Shown piece after piece: positions 1-10,457 of a DNA stretch of 64,000 nt. Origin of the DNA: an uncultured Gemmataceae bacterium (lineage in GTDB: Bacteria > Planctomycetota > Planctomycetia > Gemmatales > Gemmataceae); contig CAVVPN010000003.1 of NCBI GenBank assembly GCA_963750165.1, forward strand, positions 2,272,001-2,336,000. Reading direction: 5' to 3'. The stretch's first letter is position 1. Each line of letters starts with the position of its first letter. Made by a program: the position numbers and the translations under genes. The notes under the pieces are model-generated. The model did no database searches. It was given only the letters and a program-made list of their open reading frames with translations, and had not been told where the DNA came from.

Positions 1-1410
1 CCGCAAGACCGGGTTCGGCCGTTTATGGTCGAACGCCTGCAGAACGGCGCGAAAATCCTTGTCATTTTCCGGCTCATTCCCTTTTTCGGGCTCGTAATTC
101 TCCAGTGCCGTGACCCGAATGCGTTCATCTTCCTGGTCATCCACGATGATTTTCTTGACGAGTTTGTGCAGGGTGTCACCCTGGCGCTCGGTTGCGTAGA
201 CGATGCTTAGTCGCAGGAGGAGGTCGCGTTTCTTTGCTTGTGTTCCGCGGGGGATGGCGTTGAACTGGGACAGGAAGGTTTCCGCGGTCTTACCACTCTT
301 CAGCAGCTCCTCGGTGGCGACGTCGCGCAATTGCTGCTTGGTCTTCTCGTCCGTTTTGATGAGGTTCTCGACCTGGACCTTTAGTTTTTCTTCCACTTTT
401 TTCCGGATCGGCGAACCCTCGACGAACAGCAGTTGCGCCATTTGCGTGGCGACGTCTCCTTGCAGGCGCTCTTTGAGATCGACTCTCACTTTCTCAATTT
501 TCTGATCGGCTTTCTGATCGGCCTTTTCGGCTGCATCGTGGGCTTTCCTGTCCGTCTCAGTTTGGACCTGAGTGGTGATCGAGGTATTAATCCACCCGAT
601 CACGGAAACGATGATCGTCACCAGGACGACCAGGCTGATGCTGCCTACGACAGTGTTTATGATGGACAGGCGCTTCCAGAGCTGGCGCCCCACCTTGCGC
701 TCCACCTGTTCGTGGACCCAGGCGCGGTACTCGTCCTGGGTCAGCGACCGGGTTGGAACCCCCTCGCGCAGGAACCACAGACCCGCCAGCCCCGGAGGCG
801 CCGCCCACTGGTCCCCATCGTAAATTCCCCTGGCCACTTTCTCAAACAACAGAGCGCCATTAGCGTTCATTGGGACATGGGCGTCGCCGACGGCCAGGAA
901 GGCCACCCGGTTGTGGACAGCGTCCAGGCACGGCATGGCGTCACCCTTGTTGTAGGCGAACACCACGGTCTTCTCACTGTTGCCGCTCACGGTAGCCACC
1001 ACCAGCGCCCCACCTCCCGGCTTCGCCCACCCCTGATTGGTTGGTGTGGAGGTAATCGTTTGCTGGCCAATGAACCCCGCCAGCGGTTTACCGACGGACC
1101 CTGGGGTGATGAAGATGTCGGCGTAGCTTTGCGTCCCGAAGTCCACGCCGTCCTTGGCGAACGTCATGCCCAGGTCGAACAGGGCATGAGGGTTGCAAAC
1201 CAGGATCGGCACGTGCAACCCTCTGAGTACTGCCAGGACATGATCGGCGCAGACCACCACCAACTTGATCCCTGTTAGCGCGGGCAGGCTACTTTTGGCG
1301 TCGATAACCGAGACCTGGTATTTGAGCTGGACCTTCAGAATGCCCTCGATGGTCTTCTCCCAGGTCAGGGCGGCCGGGTCGTTCACGATGAGGATCACGT
1401 CCGGGTTCAT
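1..1410 (-). CDS. Hypothetical membrane-anchored protein, 3'-truncated by the window edge (globular N-domain, one TM helix, coiled coil, helical repeats)
   Basis: Absent from the ORF track. Manually translated open frame from ATG at 1410 (MNPDVILIVNDPAALTWEK...) to position 1 with no stop; TM segment IINTVVGSISLVVLVTIIVSVIGWI followed by a K/E/Q-rich helix. Confidence 0.8.
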   Translation of the reverse strand, partial: MNPDVILIVNDPAALTWEKTIEGILKVQLKYQVSVIDAKSSLPALTGIKLVVVCADHVLAVLRGLHVPILVCNPHALFDLGMTFAKDGVDFGTQSYADIFITPGSVGKPLAGFIGQQTITSTPTNQGWAKPGGGALVVATVSGNSEKTVVFAYNKGDAMPCLDAVHNRVAFLAVGDAHVPMNANGALLFEKVARGIYDGDQWAAPPGLAGLWFLREGVPTRSLTQDEYRAWVHEQVERKVGRQLWKRLSIINTVVGSISLVVLVTIIVSVIGWINTSITTQVQTETDRKAHDAAEKADQKADQKIEKVRVDLKERLQGDVATQMAQLLFVEGSPIRKKVEEKLKVQVENLIKTDEKTKQQLRDVATEELLKSGKTAETFLSQFNAIPRGTQAKKRDLLLRLSIVYATERQGDTLHKLVKKIIVDDQEDERIRVTALENYEPEKGNEPENDKDFRAVLQAFDHKRPNPVLR

Positions 1411-1790
1411 GGGGGTTCCCTCGCTGGTTCGTCGCTCAGGGAGCACGGAGGCCGGGTGTCTGCCGGGCGCACGACCGTTACGGCCGGCTACAGGTCCGCC
1501 CTAACGACAGCGCTCGTAAAGGAGAGTCGGCTTCCCGATCACCCCGGCTTGGTCACGACGGCAATGGCAAGAGCGGGCATCGAATTGCCCTTGGCCAGGG
1601 GTTTACTGGGCCAACCCTTTTCCAAGGTGTCTGAGAGTAGGTTTACTTTACTCAATCGAGGATTGTGTGGTGCAGCGTTACGCCTGTCAACCAAAAAATC
1701 AAAAATAATCGCAGGGCCTGGAGGCCCCGGCCTATACTGAATCTCGGCAAGCAGGCAGCCATCGATCACCCCACGGCGGGAGGAGACCGC

Positions 1791-2462
1791 ATGTGTTTTT
1801 CCGCGGAAGCCAGTTTCACGGCGGGCGCTGTGCTGTTGTCGGCCGGCGCCTACTGCCTGCGAACCGCTGCCCGGTTGGGGGCCGCGTACCTGCCGCTGGC
1901 GGCCGTGCCGATCGCCTTCGGCGTGCAACAGCTCGCCGAGGGCCTGGTCTGGCTGGGCCTGGCTCACGACGACCCGGCCCTGGTGCGGCCGATTTCGCTG
2001 GTCTACCTGTTCTTCGCCCTGGCGTTCTGGCCGTTCTGGGTGCCGCTGTGCGTCGTCTGCCTCGAACAGCGGCCGCGGGTCAGACGGATCCTGGCCGTGG
2101 GCACCCTGCTCGGCGTGGCGCTCGGCGCCGCCCAGTTCGTGCCGCTGCTGTTCCTGACCCCCTGGCTGAAAGTGGAGGTCGTCCACCACTCGATCCACTA
2201 CCACATCCGCAACGCCTTCCCGTTCAACACCGCCCCGCGATTGGTGTGGATGGCGCTGTATGCGGCCCTGGTGTTTTGCCCCTTCCTGGCGGCGCGCGAC
2301 AGCCGCTTCACGGGTTTCGGCCTCTCCCTGATCGCGTCCGTGGCGGTCAGCGAACTCCTGTTCAGTCACGCCTTCGTGTCCGTCTGGTGCTTCTTCGCGG
2401 CGCTGCTATCGCTACAGTTGTGCCACCTCTTCCACCGCCTGGCGGAACCCCGACTGGCCTGA
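1791..2462 (+). CDS. Integral membrane protein, DUF6629-like (MCFSAEASF N-terminus)
   Basis: AGGAG RBS before ATG 1791; motifs MCFSAEASF, QQLAEG, SVWCFFAA; about 7 TM helices. Confidence 0.8.
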   Translation: MCFSAEASFTAGAVLLSAGAYCLRTAARLGAAYLPLAAVPIAFGVQQLAEGLVWLGLAHDDPALVRPISLVYLFFALAFWPFWVPLCVVCLEQRPRVRRILAVGTLLGVALGAAQFVPLLFLTPWLKVEVVHHSIHYHIRNAFPFNTAPRLVWMALYAALVFCPFLAARDSRFTGFGLSLIASVAVSELLFSHAFVSVWCFFAALLSLQLCHLFHRLAEPRLA

Positions 2463-3780
2463 CCCGACGTGCGTGGCGTGGTTGTCTGTGGATGCGGCGC
2501 AATGCAATCCATTGGCCCGCGCCCGTCAGCGCCTGCGCGTGGAACGGCGACCGCAGTTGCTCCAGTGGTCCCAGTGCCAGCGCCGTCACGCCCGTCAGCG
2601 GATACTGATCGAGCACTTGCCGGATGTCCTGCACCGTCACCTTCTCGAAGCCGGCCAGCTCGTCATCGACGGTGCGGTACTGGTGCAGGTAGGTCCAGGC
2701 CATGCCGATGGCCTGCATGCGGCCCATCGGCCGTTCGCCGCCGCGCACCACGCGCGACAGCACCTTGCTCTTGGCCGTCGCCAGCTCCTCCGCGCCGACG
2801 CCCTCCTCCTGCACCTGGCGGAACACCTCGTGAACGATGCCCAGATTCTCCTCCGTCTGGCCCGGCTCGCAGCTGAACGACGTGAACAGCGAGCCGGTGC
2901 CCTCGTAGTCGTGGAACGAGCAGTCCGCCGACTCGACCAGGCCTGGATCGACCAGCGCCCAGTACAGCCGGCTGCCGGAGTCGTCGCCCAGGACCATCGC
3001 CAGCGTGTCCGCGGCGTAGCGCAGCGGCGCGTCCGCGGCGGGCCCCGGCGAGATCAAGAAGACGTGCTCCTGCGCCACCTTCGGCCTGGTCATGACCTCG
3101 AAGTGGCGCGAGCCGGGCGTCGGCGTGACGCCCTTGCGCGGCGCCTCGCCCCCGTCCCAGGAACCGCAGGCGCGTTCGATCAGCGGCACCAGCGCCTGCC
3201 AGTCGTAGTTGCCGGCGGCCACGACGGTGATGTTCGGGGCGACGTAACGGCGGCTGAAGTAGCTGTGCATCTGGTCGCGCTGCAGGGCGCGGATGCTGTC
3301 GGGGGTGCCGAGGATGCTGTTGCCCAGCGGGTGTTCGGCGAAGTATGCCTTCTTGGCGTGGTCGTATGCGGACCACATCGGCTGGTCCTCGTACATGCCG
3401 ATCTCCTCGATGATGACGTTTTTCTCCATCTCGAAGTCCTGCACGCGCAGCGACGGCCGCAGGATGTCGGCGAGCAGATCCACGGCCTGCGGCAAATACT
3501 CGGGCAGGATACCGGCGTAGAAGACGGTATTTTCCTCGCTGGTGAAGGCGTTGTAGTTGGCGCCGATGCGGTCGAAGTCGCGGTTGACGGCGAGGTAATC
3601 GCGGCGTTCGGAGCCCTTGAAGATCATGTGCTCCAGGAAGTGCGTGACGCCGCAGACTTCGGGCGTCTCGTCGCGCGAGCCGGTGCGGACGAAGAAGCCC
3701 AGCGCCACGGAGCGGTTGGCGTGGTTGGTTTCGCCGATGATCTGCAAACCGTTGGGCAACACGTGGCGGTGGAATGGCAT
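2362..3780 (-). CDS. M16 (pitrilysin) family zinc peptidase, catalytic subunit
   Basis: HFLEH zinc motif, NAFTS. The tail overlapping the convergent gene is probably frameshift read-through (true end about 2526). Confidence 0.9.
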   Translation of the reverse strand: MPFHRHVLPNGLQIIGETNHANRSVALGFFVRTGSRDETPEVCGVTHFLEHMIFKGSERRDYLAVNRDFDRIGANYNAFTSEENTVFYAGILPEYLPQAVDLLADILRPSLRVQDFEMEKNVIIEEIGMYEDQPMWSAYDHAKKAYFAEHPLGNSILGTPDSIRALQRDQMHSYFSRRYVAPNITVVAAGNYDWQALVPLIERACGSWDGGEAPRKGVTPTPGSRHFEVMTRPKVAQEHVFLISPGPAADAPLRYAADTLAMVLGDDSGSRLYWALVDPGLVESADCSFHDYEGTGSLFTSFSCEPGQTEENLGIVHEVFRQVQEEGVGAEELATAKSKVLSRVVRGGERPMGRMQAIGMAWTYLHQYRTVDDELAGFEKVTVQDIRQVLDQYPLTGVTALALGPLEQLRSPFHAQALTGAGQWIALRRIHRQPRHARRVRPVGVPPGGGRGGTTVAIAAPRRSTRRTRRRD

Positions 3781-3812
3781 GAAAAGCTCCCGTGAGTGCG
3801 ATGGTGGTTGGG

Positions 3813-3860
3813 TGTCCTGGTTCGTAGTACCGCCTGAAGGCGGTACTACGAACCAGGACA
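3813..3860. repeat. REP-like palindrome (TTCGTAGTACCGCC-TGAA-GGCGGTACTACGAA)
   Basis: Perfect 22-bp inverted arms between the two M16 genes. Confidence 0.85.
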
Positions 3861-5087
3861 TCAAGTCAGCGCCTGCGGTCCCAGGGTGACGATGGTGAAG
3901 TCGCGCGGCGGCATTTGCCGCAGGTGCTCGGTGATGGTCTGCGGCGACAGCGCCTGCACCGCCGCCTGGATCTCGTCGAGGCTGCGCACGCGCTTGAGGT
4001 AGTACCAGTCCGACGCCAGCGCCCCAGCCCGCGCCGAGGTCGATTCCTCCTGCATGATGAGCGACGACTTGAGCCCCGCCTGGACGCGCTCCACCTCGTC
4101 GGCGCCGACGCCCTCCGGCAACCGTTTCAGCTCACCGAGGGTCACGTCGAGCGTCTCCTGGGCGCGCTCGTTGGTGGTGCCGGCGTACACCAGCACGCTG
4201 GCGACCTCCTTGAAGGTCTGGTAGCTGGCGGACACGGCGTAGCACAGGCCGCGCTTCTCGCGCACCTCCGTGAACAGCCGCGCCCCCATGCCGCCGGACA
4301 GCACCTGCACCGCCCCCTGCGCCGCGTAATATCCGGGGTGGCCGAACGGCACACTCGGGTAGGCGATGGCGATCTGCGTCTGTGTCGTCTCCTTCTGCAG
4401 GTGCTCACGGCCGCCGACCGGCGGCTGGAGCGGCACCTCCGCTTCCGGGCCAGCCTGCCAGTCGCCGAACAGCCGGCCGATCTGGTCGCGCAGCGGCTCC
4501 CAGTCGATGTTGCCCGCGACCGACACGATGCTGCCGCGCGCCCGGAACAGCCGGGTGTGGTGCTGCCGCAACTCGGCGTCGGTGACGCGCGCGATGCCCT
4601 CAGCGGTGCCACGACGGTCGCGGCCGAGCGGCATCGGGAAGTGGCGGCGGCGCAGTTCCAGGACGACCTTCTGCCGCGGTTCGTCCTCCAGGCCCTGCAG
4701 GTCCTGCAGCGCCAGTGCCTGGACCGCTTCGAGGTCGTCCTCGGGCAGGCGCGGCCGGCGGAGGATGTCGGCGTAGATGTCCAGGGCGGCGGGCAGGTTG
4801 CGGGCCAGGGTGGCGCCCCAGAAGCGCATGTGGATGGCGCCGACGCTCTCGTCGCGGTCGAGGCCGAGGTTGTCGAGGTCGAGCATGAGTTTGCGGCTGT
4901 CGCGGTCGCCGGCGCCACGGGTGATGAGTTCGGACAGCACCGTGGCGGTGCCGAGCCGCTCGGGCGGATCGAAGGCACAGCCGGCGGCCACCAGGAAATT
5001 CAGCGCCGCCGAGCGCACGTGCGTCATCCGCTCCGCGAGCAGGGTCAGGCCGTTGGGGAAGGTGTGCTGATAGACTTCCTGTGCCAC
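3861..5087 (-). CDS. M16 family peptidase, non-catalytic subunit
   Basis: M16 fold motifs (FPNGL, RLFTEVREKRGLCY); HxxEH absent. Confidence 0.9.
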   Translation of the reverse strand: MAQEVYQHTFPNGLTLLAERMTHVRSAALNFLVAAGCAFDPPERLGTATVLSELITRGAGDRDSRKLMLDLDNLGLDRDESVGAIHMRFWGATLARNLPAALDIYADILRRPRLPEDDLEAVQALALQDLQGLEDEPRQKVVLELRRRHFPMPLGRDRRGTAEGIARVTDAELRQHHTRLFRARGSIVSVAGNIDWEPLRDQIGRLFGDWQAGPEAEVPLQPPVGGREHLQKETTQTQIAIAYPSVPFGHPGYYAAQGAVQVLSGGMGARLFTEVREKRGLCYAVSASYQTFKEVASVLVYAGTTNERAQETLDVTLGELKRLPEGVGADEVERVQAGLKSSLIMQEESTSARAGALASDWYYLKRVRSLDEIQAAVQALSPQTITEHLRQMPPRDFTIVTLGPQALT

Positions 5088-5108
5088 AGTGCAAATCTCC
5101 TTGAAGGG

Positions 5109-5678
5109 TCACAACTCGAACCGGGCCGCCTCCTGCAGGGCCGAGTTCTGCTCGACCGCCTTGTACAGCGTCTTGCGACAGCGGAAGCCGAGACGGCGGT
5201 ACAACCGGATGGCCGCGGTGTTCTGGGCGGTCACTTCCAGCAAGGCGCGGCCCAAACCGGCGCGGACGAAGCCGTGCAGCGCCTGCAACAGCAGCGCCCG
5301 TCCCAGACCGCGGCCGCGGTAGGCCGGCACCACGCCCAGGTTCTGGATCGCCCCGAGGCCGCTGCGCTCACGGACGCCCTGCACGGTGCCGCACCAGTCA
5401 TTGCCACAACCGATCAGCCAGGTCGCCTCCGGCCGAAAGCCGGCCTTGCGGCTGATCTCGCGCATCAAGTAGGTGCAGCCGACGCGACTGCTCAGGCTCG
5501 GAAAGACGATGGCGTCGATCTCGTCCTGGAAGCTGAGGAACTTGACCTCGGCGTGGGTCTCCAACAGCGCCTCGTCCCAGGCGAGCCAGTGAAAGCCCGC
5601 GGGCAGCGCTGGCGGCGGCGCGAGGGCGTTCAGGTCGATTTCCATGCGGAAGCGTTTGAAGTAGGCAATGCCGCTCAT
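5109..5678 (-). CDS. GNAT family N-acetyltransferase
   Basis: VVPAYRGRGLG acetyl-CoA motif; NTAAIRLYRRLGF. Confidence 0.88.
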   Translation of the reverse strand: MSGIAYFKRFRMEIDLNALAPPPALPAGFHWLAWDEALLETHAEVKFLSFQDEIDAIVFPSLSSRVGCTYLMREISRKAGFRPEATWLIGCGNDWCGTVQGVRERSGLGAIQNLGVVPAYRGRGLGRALLLQALHGFVRAGLGRALLEVTAQNTAAIRLYRRLGFRCRKTLYKAVEQNSALQEAARFEL

Positions 5679-5862
5679 GACCGAGCTTCCGTCCATCGTC
5701 GGGCCGCCGAGCCTGGGGTAGAAGGTAGCTTGATTCTAGCAAAGGGGATGGGCGCGGTCAAAGGCGCGGTGTCCGCACGGTGGCAGGCCGGGGTTTCGCG
5801 TTGGCGGGGCGCGGCCCGGTGGTAAAATGGCGTTGCGTCCAGGAGACAGGAGAGGGACAGCC

Positions 5863-6147
5863 ATGAACGACGAAAACCCCGAGCAGGCTGGTGACGCCCA
5901 GCAGGGCAACGGTCCGGACTCTTCCAAGCCGTCGGAAAATGCTGCGGTTCCGCCGACTTCCTGGTACGGTGTGCCATGCGATTTCGTCCGGGTCCGAATG
6001 GGATTACCCGTAGTCGGAAGTCCCACGCCACGGTCGCTGTGGTTGATAGCCCTTCAGCTCGCCCGGGAAGTGCAGCATCTCCCTCCCTTTCTTCGCCTCG
6101 GCGCCCAGTTCTTCACCGAGTACAACACCACCCTTTCCCTCGCCTGA
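5863..6147 (+). CDS. Small hypothetical protein
   Basis: GGAGAGGG RBS before ATG 5863; fills the gap between the GNAT gene and leuS. Confidence 0.5.
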   Translation: MNDENPEQAGDAQQGNGPDSSKPSENAAVPPTSWYGVPCDFVRVRMGLPVVGSPTPRSLWLIALQLAREVQHLPPFLRLGAQFFTEYNTTLSLA

Positions 6148-6197
6148 GACCAAGGCAGCGGCGAACTGCTCCTCCCCTGACCCGCCCGCCGCCCGCG

Positions 6198-8978
6198 TCA
6201 CTTGCCAATCACCACGTTCACCAGCTTGCCCGGCACCACAATGACCTTGAACGTCTTGCCCGCGATCAGCGCCTGCACGCGCTCGTCCGCCAGCGCCGCC
6301 TTCTCCAGTCCCGCCTTGTCGATGTCCGCCGGCACGGTGATCTTGGCCCGTACCTTGCCGTTAACCTGCACTGGCACCTCGATCTGGTCCGCCTTCGTCA
6401 GCGCCGGGTCGAACGCCGGCCACGGTTCATACGCCAGCGTCGTCGTGTGACCCAGTGCGCTCCACAGTTCCTCCGCCAGGTGCGGCGCGAACGGCGCCAG
6501 CAGCAGTACGAACGTCCGCAGCACGGCGCGCGGCCGCACCGGCAGCGGCGTCAGGTGGTTCGTCAGTTCCATCATCGCCGCGATGGCCGTGTTGAAGCGC
6601 ATCGCGTCCAGGTCTTCCGTCACCTTCTGGATGGTCTGGTGCAGTTTGCGCTCGGTGTCGCGGTCGGGCGCCACCAGCTGCACGCTGTCGAGCTGTTGCA
6701 CCGCGTCGGCGCGCTCGTCGATGAACAGCCGCCAGACGCGGTTCAGGAAACGGTACACGCCCTCGACGCCGCGCATGCTCCACGGCTTCGTCGCCTCTAG
6801 CGGGCCCATGAACATCTCGTACAGCCGCAGACTGTCGGCGCCGTATTCGTTCACCACGTCGTCGGGGTTGATGACGTTGCCGCGCGCCTTGGACATTTTT
6901 TCCGCGCGCGGCACGACCTCCACGGCCTCATCTTCCTTCCAGAAGAACTTGCCCCCCCGAGCGACCACCCCTTCTTCTGTGAATTCCGCGGGGGGCGACA
7001 CCACCTCGGTCGCGGCAAGCAAGGCAGCGAGCCGCGCGGACCCGGTGCCGTCCTGGGCCTTCTTGACGGCGGCCGGCGTGGGGTGATACGAGGCCTCGCC
7101 CAGGATCATGCCCTGGTTGACCAGCCGTTGAAACGGCTCCGGCGTGTGGACGTGGCCGCGGTCGAACAGCACCTTGTGCCAGAAGCGCGCGTACAGCAGG
7201 TGCAGCACCGCGTGCTCCGCGCCGCCGACGTACAGGTCCACCGGCATCCAGTATTTTTCCTTCGCCGCGTCGCAGAACTGCCGATCGTTCTTCGGATCCA
7301 GGTAGCGCAGGTAGTACCAGCACGAGCCGGCCCACTGCGGCATCGTGTTCGTCTCACGGCGGTAGCGCTTGCCGTTCTTCGTGACATACAGCCAGTCAGT
7401 CGCCTTGCCCAGCGGCGGTTCCGGCTTGCCCGACGGCTTGTAATCCTCCAGCTCCGGCAGCCGCAGCGGCAGTTCCTCCGACGACAACGGTTCGATGACG
7501 CCAGTGGGGTTGCCGTTGGCGTCCAGTTCGTGCAGGATCGGGAACGGCTCGCCCCAGTAGCGCTGCCGGCTGAACAGCCAGTCGCGCAGCTTGTAATTGA
7601 CGCGGCGCGTGCCCAGGCCCTTGAATTCCAGCCAGTCCGTGATTTTCTTCTTGAACTCCGCCGTCGGCAGGCCGTCGAAAGGGCCGGAGTTGACCGCGAC
7701 GCCCTCTTCCACATACGCCTCGGTCAGCTCGTCCAGCGTGCTCTTCGTTTTCTTCAACCACTCCTCGGTCGGCTTGACGACGGTGCGGATCGGCAGGCCG
7801 AATTGCTTCGCGAACTCGAAGTCGCGCTCGTCGTGCGCCGGCACCGCCATGATCGCCCCGGTGCCGTAGCTCGCCAGCACGTAATCCGCGATCCAGATGG
7901 GCACCTTCTCGTTGTTGACCGGGTTGATGGCGTACGCGCCGGTGAAGACGCCGGTCTTCTTCTTGGCCAGTTCGGTGCGCTCGAAGTCGCTCTTGCGCGC
8001 GGCCGCAGCCCGGTACTGTTCGACCGCCGCCTGTTGTTCCGACGTCGTGATCTCGGGCACCAGCGGATGTTCCGGCGACAGAACCATGTAGGTGGCGCCG
8101 AACAACGTGTCCGGCCGCGTCGTGAACACGCGGATGTTGTGCTCAAAGCACCCGGACAACGTTGCCAGCAGGAAATCCACCTCCGCGCCCTCGCTGCGGC
8201 CGATCCAGTTGCGCTGCATCTCCTTGATGGCCGGCGACCAGTTCACCTGGTCCAGATCATTCAGCAGCCGCTCCGCGTAGGCGGTGATGCGCAGCATCCA
8301 CTGCTTCAGCGGCATCCGCACCACCGGGAAGCCGCCGCGCTCCGATTTGCCGTCGATCACCTCCTCGTTCGCCAGCACCGTGCCCAGCCCTGCGCACCAG
8401 TTGACCGGCACCTCCGCCATGTACGCCAGCCGCTTGCTATCGCGGTAGGCGCGCACCGCGGCGTCGCCCTGCTGTTGCACCTCTGGCGGGATCGGCAGCT
8501 CGCGGATCGGCCGGCCGCGCTGCTGCTCGGCGTCATACCAGGTGTCGAACAGTTGCAGGAAAATCCATTGTGTCCACTTGAAGTAACCGGGGTCGGTGGT
8601 ATCGACCTCACGGTCCCAGTCGTAGCTGAAGCCGAGCATCTGGATTTGCCGGCGGAAGTTGTTGATGTTGCGCAGGGTGTTGTTGCGCGGGTGCTCGCCG
8701 GTGGCAATGGCATGTTGCTCCGCCGGCAGGCCGAAGGCGTCCCAGCCCATCGGGTGCAGCACGTTGTCGCCGCGCATGCGGCGGTAGCGGGCCAGGATGT
8801 CCGTGGCGGTGTAGCCCTCCGGGTGGCCGACGTGCAGGCCGCTGCCGCTCGGGTAGGGGAACATGTCGAGGATGTAGAACTTCGGCTTATCCGAGAGGTC
8901 GGGCGTCTTGAAGGTTTTGTGCTCCAGCCAGTAGCGCTGCCAGCGCGGCTCGATCACCTTGGGGTTGTAGGTCGGCAT
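6198..8978 (-). CDS. leuS: Leucine--tRNA ligase
   Basis: [14 protein letters not shown] (HIGH), KMSKA, CP1 editing motifs TTRPDT and [15 protein letters not shown]. Confidence 0.98.
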   Translation of the reverse strand: MPTYNPKVIEPRWQRYWLEHKTFKTPDLSDKPKFYILDMFPYPSGSGLHVGHPEGYTATDILARYRRMRGDNVLHPMGWDAFGLPAEQHAIATGEHPRNNTLRNINNFRRQIQMLGFSYDWDREVDTTDPGYFKWTQWIFLQLFDTWYDAEQQRGRPIRELPIPPEVQQQGDAAVRAYRDSKRLAYMAEVPVNWCAGLGTVLANEEVIDGKSERGGFPVVRMPLKQWMLRITAYAERLLNDLDQVNWSPAIKEMQRNWIGRSEGAEVDFLLATLSGCFEHNIRVFTTRPDTLFGATYMVLSPEHPLVPEITTSEQQAAVEQYRAAAARKSDFERTELAKKKTGVFTGAYAINPVNNEKVPIWIADYVLASYGTGAIMAVPAHDERDFEFAKQFGLPIRTVVKPTEEWLKKTKSTLDELTEAYVEEGVAVNSGPFDGLPTAEFKKKITDWLEFKGLGTRRVNYKLRDWLFSRQRYWGEPFPILHELDANGNPTGVIEPLSSEELPLRLPELEDYKPSGKPEPPLGKATDWLYVTKNGKRYRRETNTMPQWAGSCWYYLRYLDPKNDRQFCDAAKEKYWMPVDLYVGGAEHAVLHLLYARFWHKVLFDRGHVHTPEPFQRLVNQGMILGEASYHPTPAAVKKAQDGTGSARLAALLAATEVVSPPAEFTEEGVVARGGKFFWKEDEAVEVVPRAEKMSKARGNVINPDDVVNEYGADSLRLYEMFMGPLEATKPWSMRGVEGVYRFLNRVWRLFIDERADAVQQLDSVQLVAPDRDTERKLHQTIQKVTEDLDAMRFNTAIAAMMELTNHLTPLPVRPRAVLRTFVLLLAPFAPHLAEELWSALGHTTTLAYEPWPAFDPALTKADQIEVPVQVNGKVRAKITVPADIDKAGLEKAALADERVQALIAGKTFKVIVVPGKLVNVVIGK

Positions 8979-9116
8979 GCCAGGCGGTCCTTCTCGGAAG
9001 GGACGGTCGCGGGTTTTTCTCGGGCCGAGGATGGAACTATTGGTCTATCCCCCGGCGCACACGCCGTCAACAAGGACACTGGCCGCGGCGCGGACGTTCG
9101 CTGCTTGCAACAACGC

Positions 9117-9165
9117 GACCCCATTCAGGGTTGCGCGCGGACAGCGCGCAACCCTGAATGGGGTC
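9117..9165. repeat. Palindrome/hairpin (REP-like or terminator)
   Basis: GACCCCATTCAGGGTTGCGCGC ... GCGCGCAACCCTGAATGGGGTC perfect inverted arms. Confidence 0.75.
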
Positions 9166-9192
9166 AGAGGGAGCCGGCCGCGGCGGCCCAGG

Positions 9193-9681
9193 CTATCGGG
9201 ACTTGCGAGCGGGGCGGTTCTCGAAGCCGCGCGGCATCTTGATGCCCGGCGGCGGCGCCACCAGCGGCGCCGGGTCGTTCTTCAGCTGCGTCTCCAGATC
9301 GTGGTTGATGCGGTCGGCGCGGTCGCGCAGCAAATGTACCTCGCCGAGGCGCTTTTCGCTGATGCCGTCCAGCGGGATGCGGGCAAGGTTGTCGGAGACG
9401 CCCTCCTGCCAGACGCGGTCGAGGTAGCCCGCCAACCGTTCGGCCAGCACCCGATCCTTGCCCTTCGACGCGTGCGCCAGCGCCCTGGCGAACTGGTCAG
9501 CCACATCGGTGCAGCAGTGGGCGCGCTGCAGCGGGTCGGCCTCGTCGGCCACCTTCAGGCTGTTGCCGACCAGGCTGTCCAGCAGCGGCAGCGTCGGCGA
9601 TGGCGCAGCCCGCGGTGGGTCCGCCAGGGCGCCGGCGACCACCACCACGCTCAGAACCATCCCCACCAGCACCGTTCTCAC
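9193..9681 (-). CDS. Secreted helical protein, apparent paralogue of the adjacent anti-sigma C-domain
   Basis: Signal peptide MRTVLVGMVLSVVVVAGALA; 4-bp overlap with the upstream gene. Confidence 0.75.
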   Translation of the reverse strand: MRTVLVGMVLSVVVVAGALADPPRAAPSPTLPLLDSLVGNSLKVADEADPLQRAHCCTDVADQFARALAHASKGKDRVLAERLAGYLDRVWQEGVSDNLARIPLDGISEKRLGEVHLLRDRADRINHDLETQLKNDPAPLVAPPPGIKMPRGFENRPARKSR

Positions 9682-10457
9682 AACGCCTCCTCCGCCACCA
9701 GGGCACTCAGTCGGGCACGTAAATCACGTGTGGTCGCCGCCAGCGTGCGCAGCGACGCCGCCACGTCCGCCGGGGCCGTCGCCACCAGTTGCTCGGCGGC
9801 CACCTCGCCCTGGCGTAGTTGTCGCAGCCGGGGCACGATCAGCCGTTTCTGGTCCGCCAGCGGCAGTTTCGCGGCCCGGTCCACCAGCCGGCCCTCGCGC
9901 ACCACCCGCTGATACAATTTCGTCACCGCCGCCAGCTCCGCCGACGCCGGCGCCTGTGCCAGTCGCAACGACTCGCCGCGCAGGTCGTCCGCCAGGCCCA
10001 TCAATACCTGGAAGCGCTCCGCCGGCTTCAGGCCCGTCGCCAGTTTCAGCTGCCGGTCAAGGATGCTGCCAACCACCGCCGCTTCCGCCGCCTCGTCCCG
10101 GACGGGCGTTTTGACCTCGGCCTGCTCCTCCGGCGTCGGTTCCAGGTTGCGCAGCAGCGCGAAACCGCCGACGGCCAGCAGCAGCACGGCGGCCACGGCC
10201 CCCGCCTGCCAGCGGAAGCGGACCCAAAAGGCCGGCCGCGGCCCGGGCGCGTGCTCCAGGCTGCGGAGCAGGCGGACGCGGGCGCCGGAGCGGGCCGGCG
10301 GTGCCGGCAGATCGCGTGCCGTGTCGTTCAGCTGCTGCAACCGCTGCTGATAGCGCTGGCAGCGCGGGCACACCTCCAGGTGCGAGCGGACCTCGCGCGG
10401 CGGCGCCGCCTGCAGATCGGCGGCCAGCAACCAGAGATTGAGTTCCTTGCAGGTCAT
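9678..10457 (-). CDS. Zinc-binding anti-sigma factor (HxxxCxxC, TM helix, C-terminal helical domain)
   Basis: MTC...SHLEVCPRC motif, one TM helix, translationally coupled to the ECF sigma. Confidence 0.85.
   Translation of the reverse strand: MTCKELNLWLLAADLQAAPPREVRSHLEVCPRCQRYQQRLQQLNDTARDLPAPPARSGARVRLLRSLEHAPGPRPAFWVRFRWQAGAVAAVLLLAVGGFALLRNLEPTPEEQAEVKTPVRDEAAEAAVVGSILDRQLKLATGLKPAERFQVLMGLADDLRGESLRLAQAPASAELAAVTKLYQRVVREGRLVDRAAKLPLADQKRLIVPRLRQLRQGEVAAEQLVATAPADVAASLRTLAATTRDLRARLSALVAEEAL

Noticed and set aside
433..1278. 281-aa plus-strand ORF as the gene in this region
   Set aside because: It is antisense to a longer, more protein-like minus-strand frame (1410 to <1).
1420..1780. 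Riboswitch or ncRNA in the long intergenic region
   Set aside because: No recognisable consensus by eye; an Rfam search would be needed.
2362..2530. Functional overlap of the M16 tail with the convergent membrane gene
   Set aside because: The tail is low-complexity read-through; a stop lies at about 2526 in a neighbouring frame.
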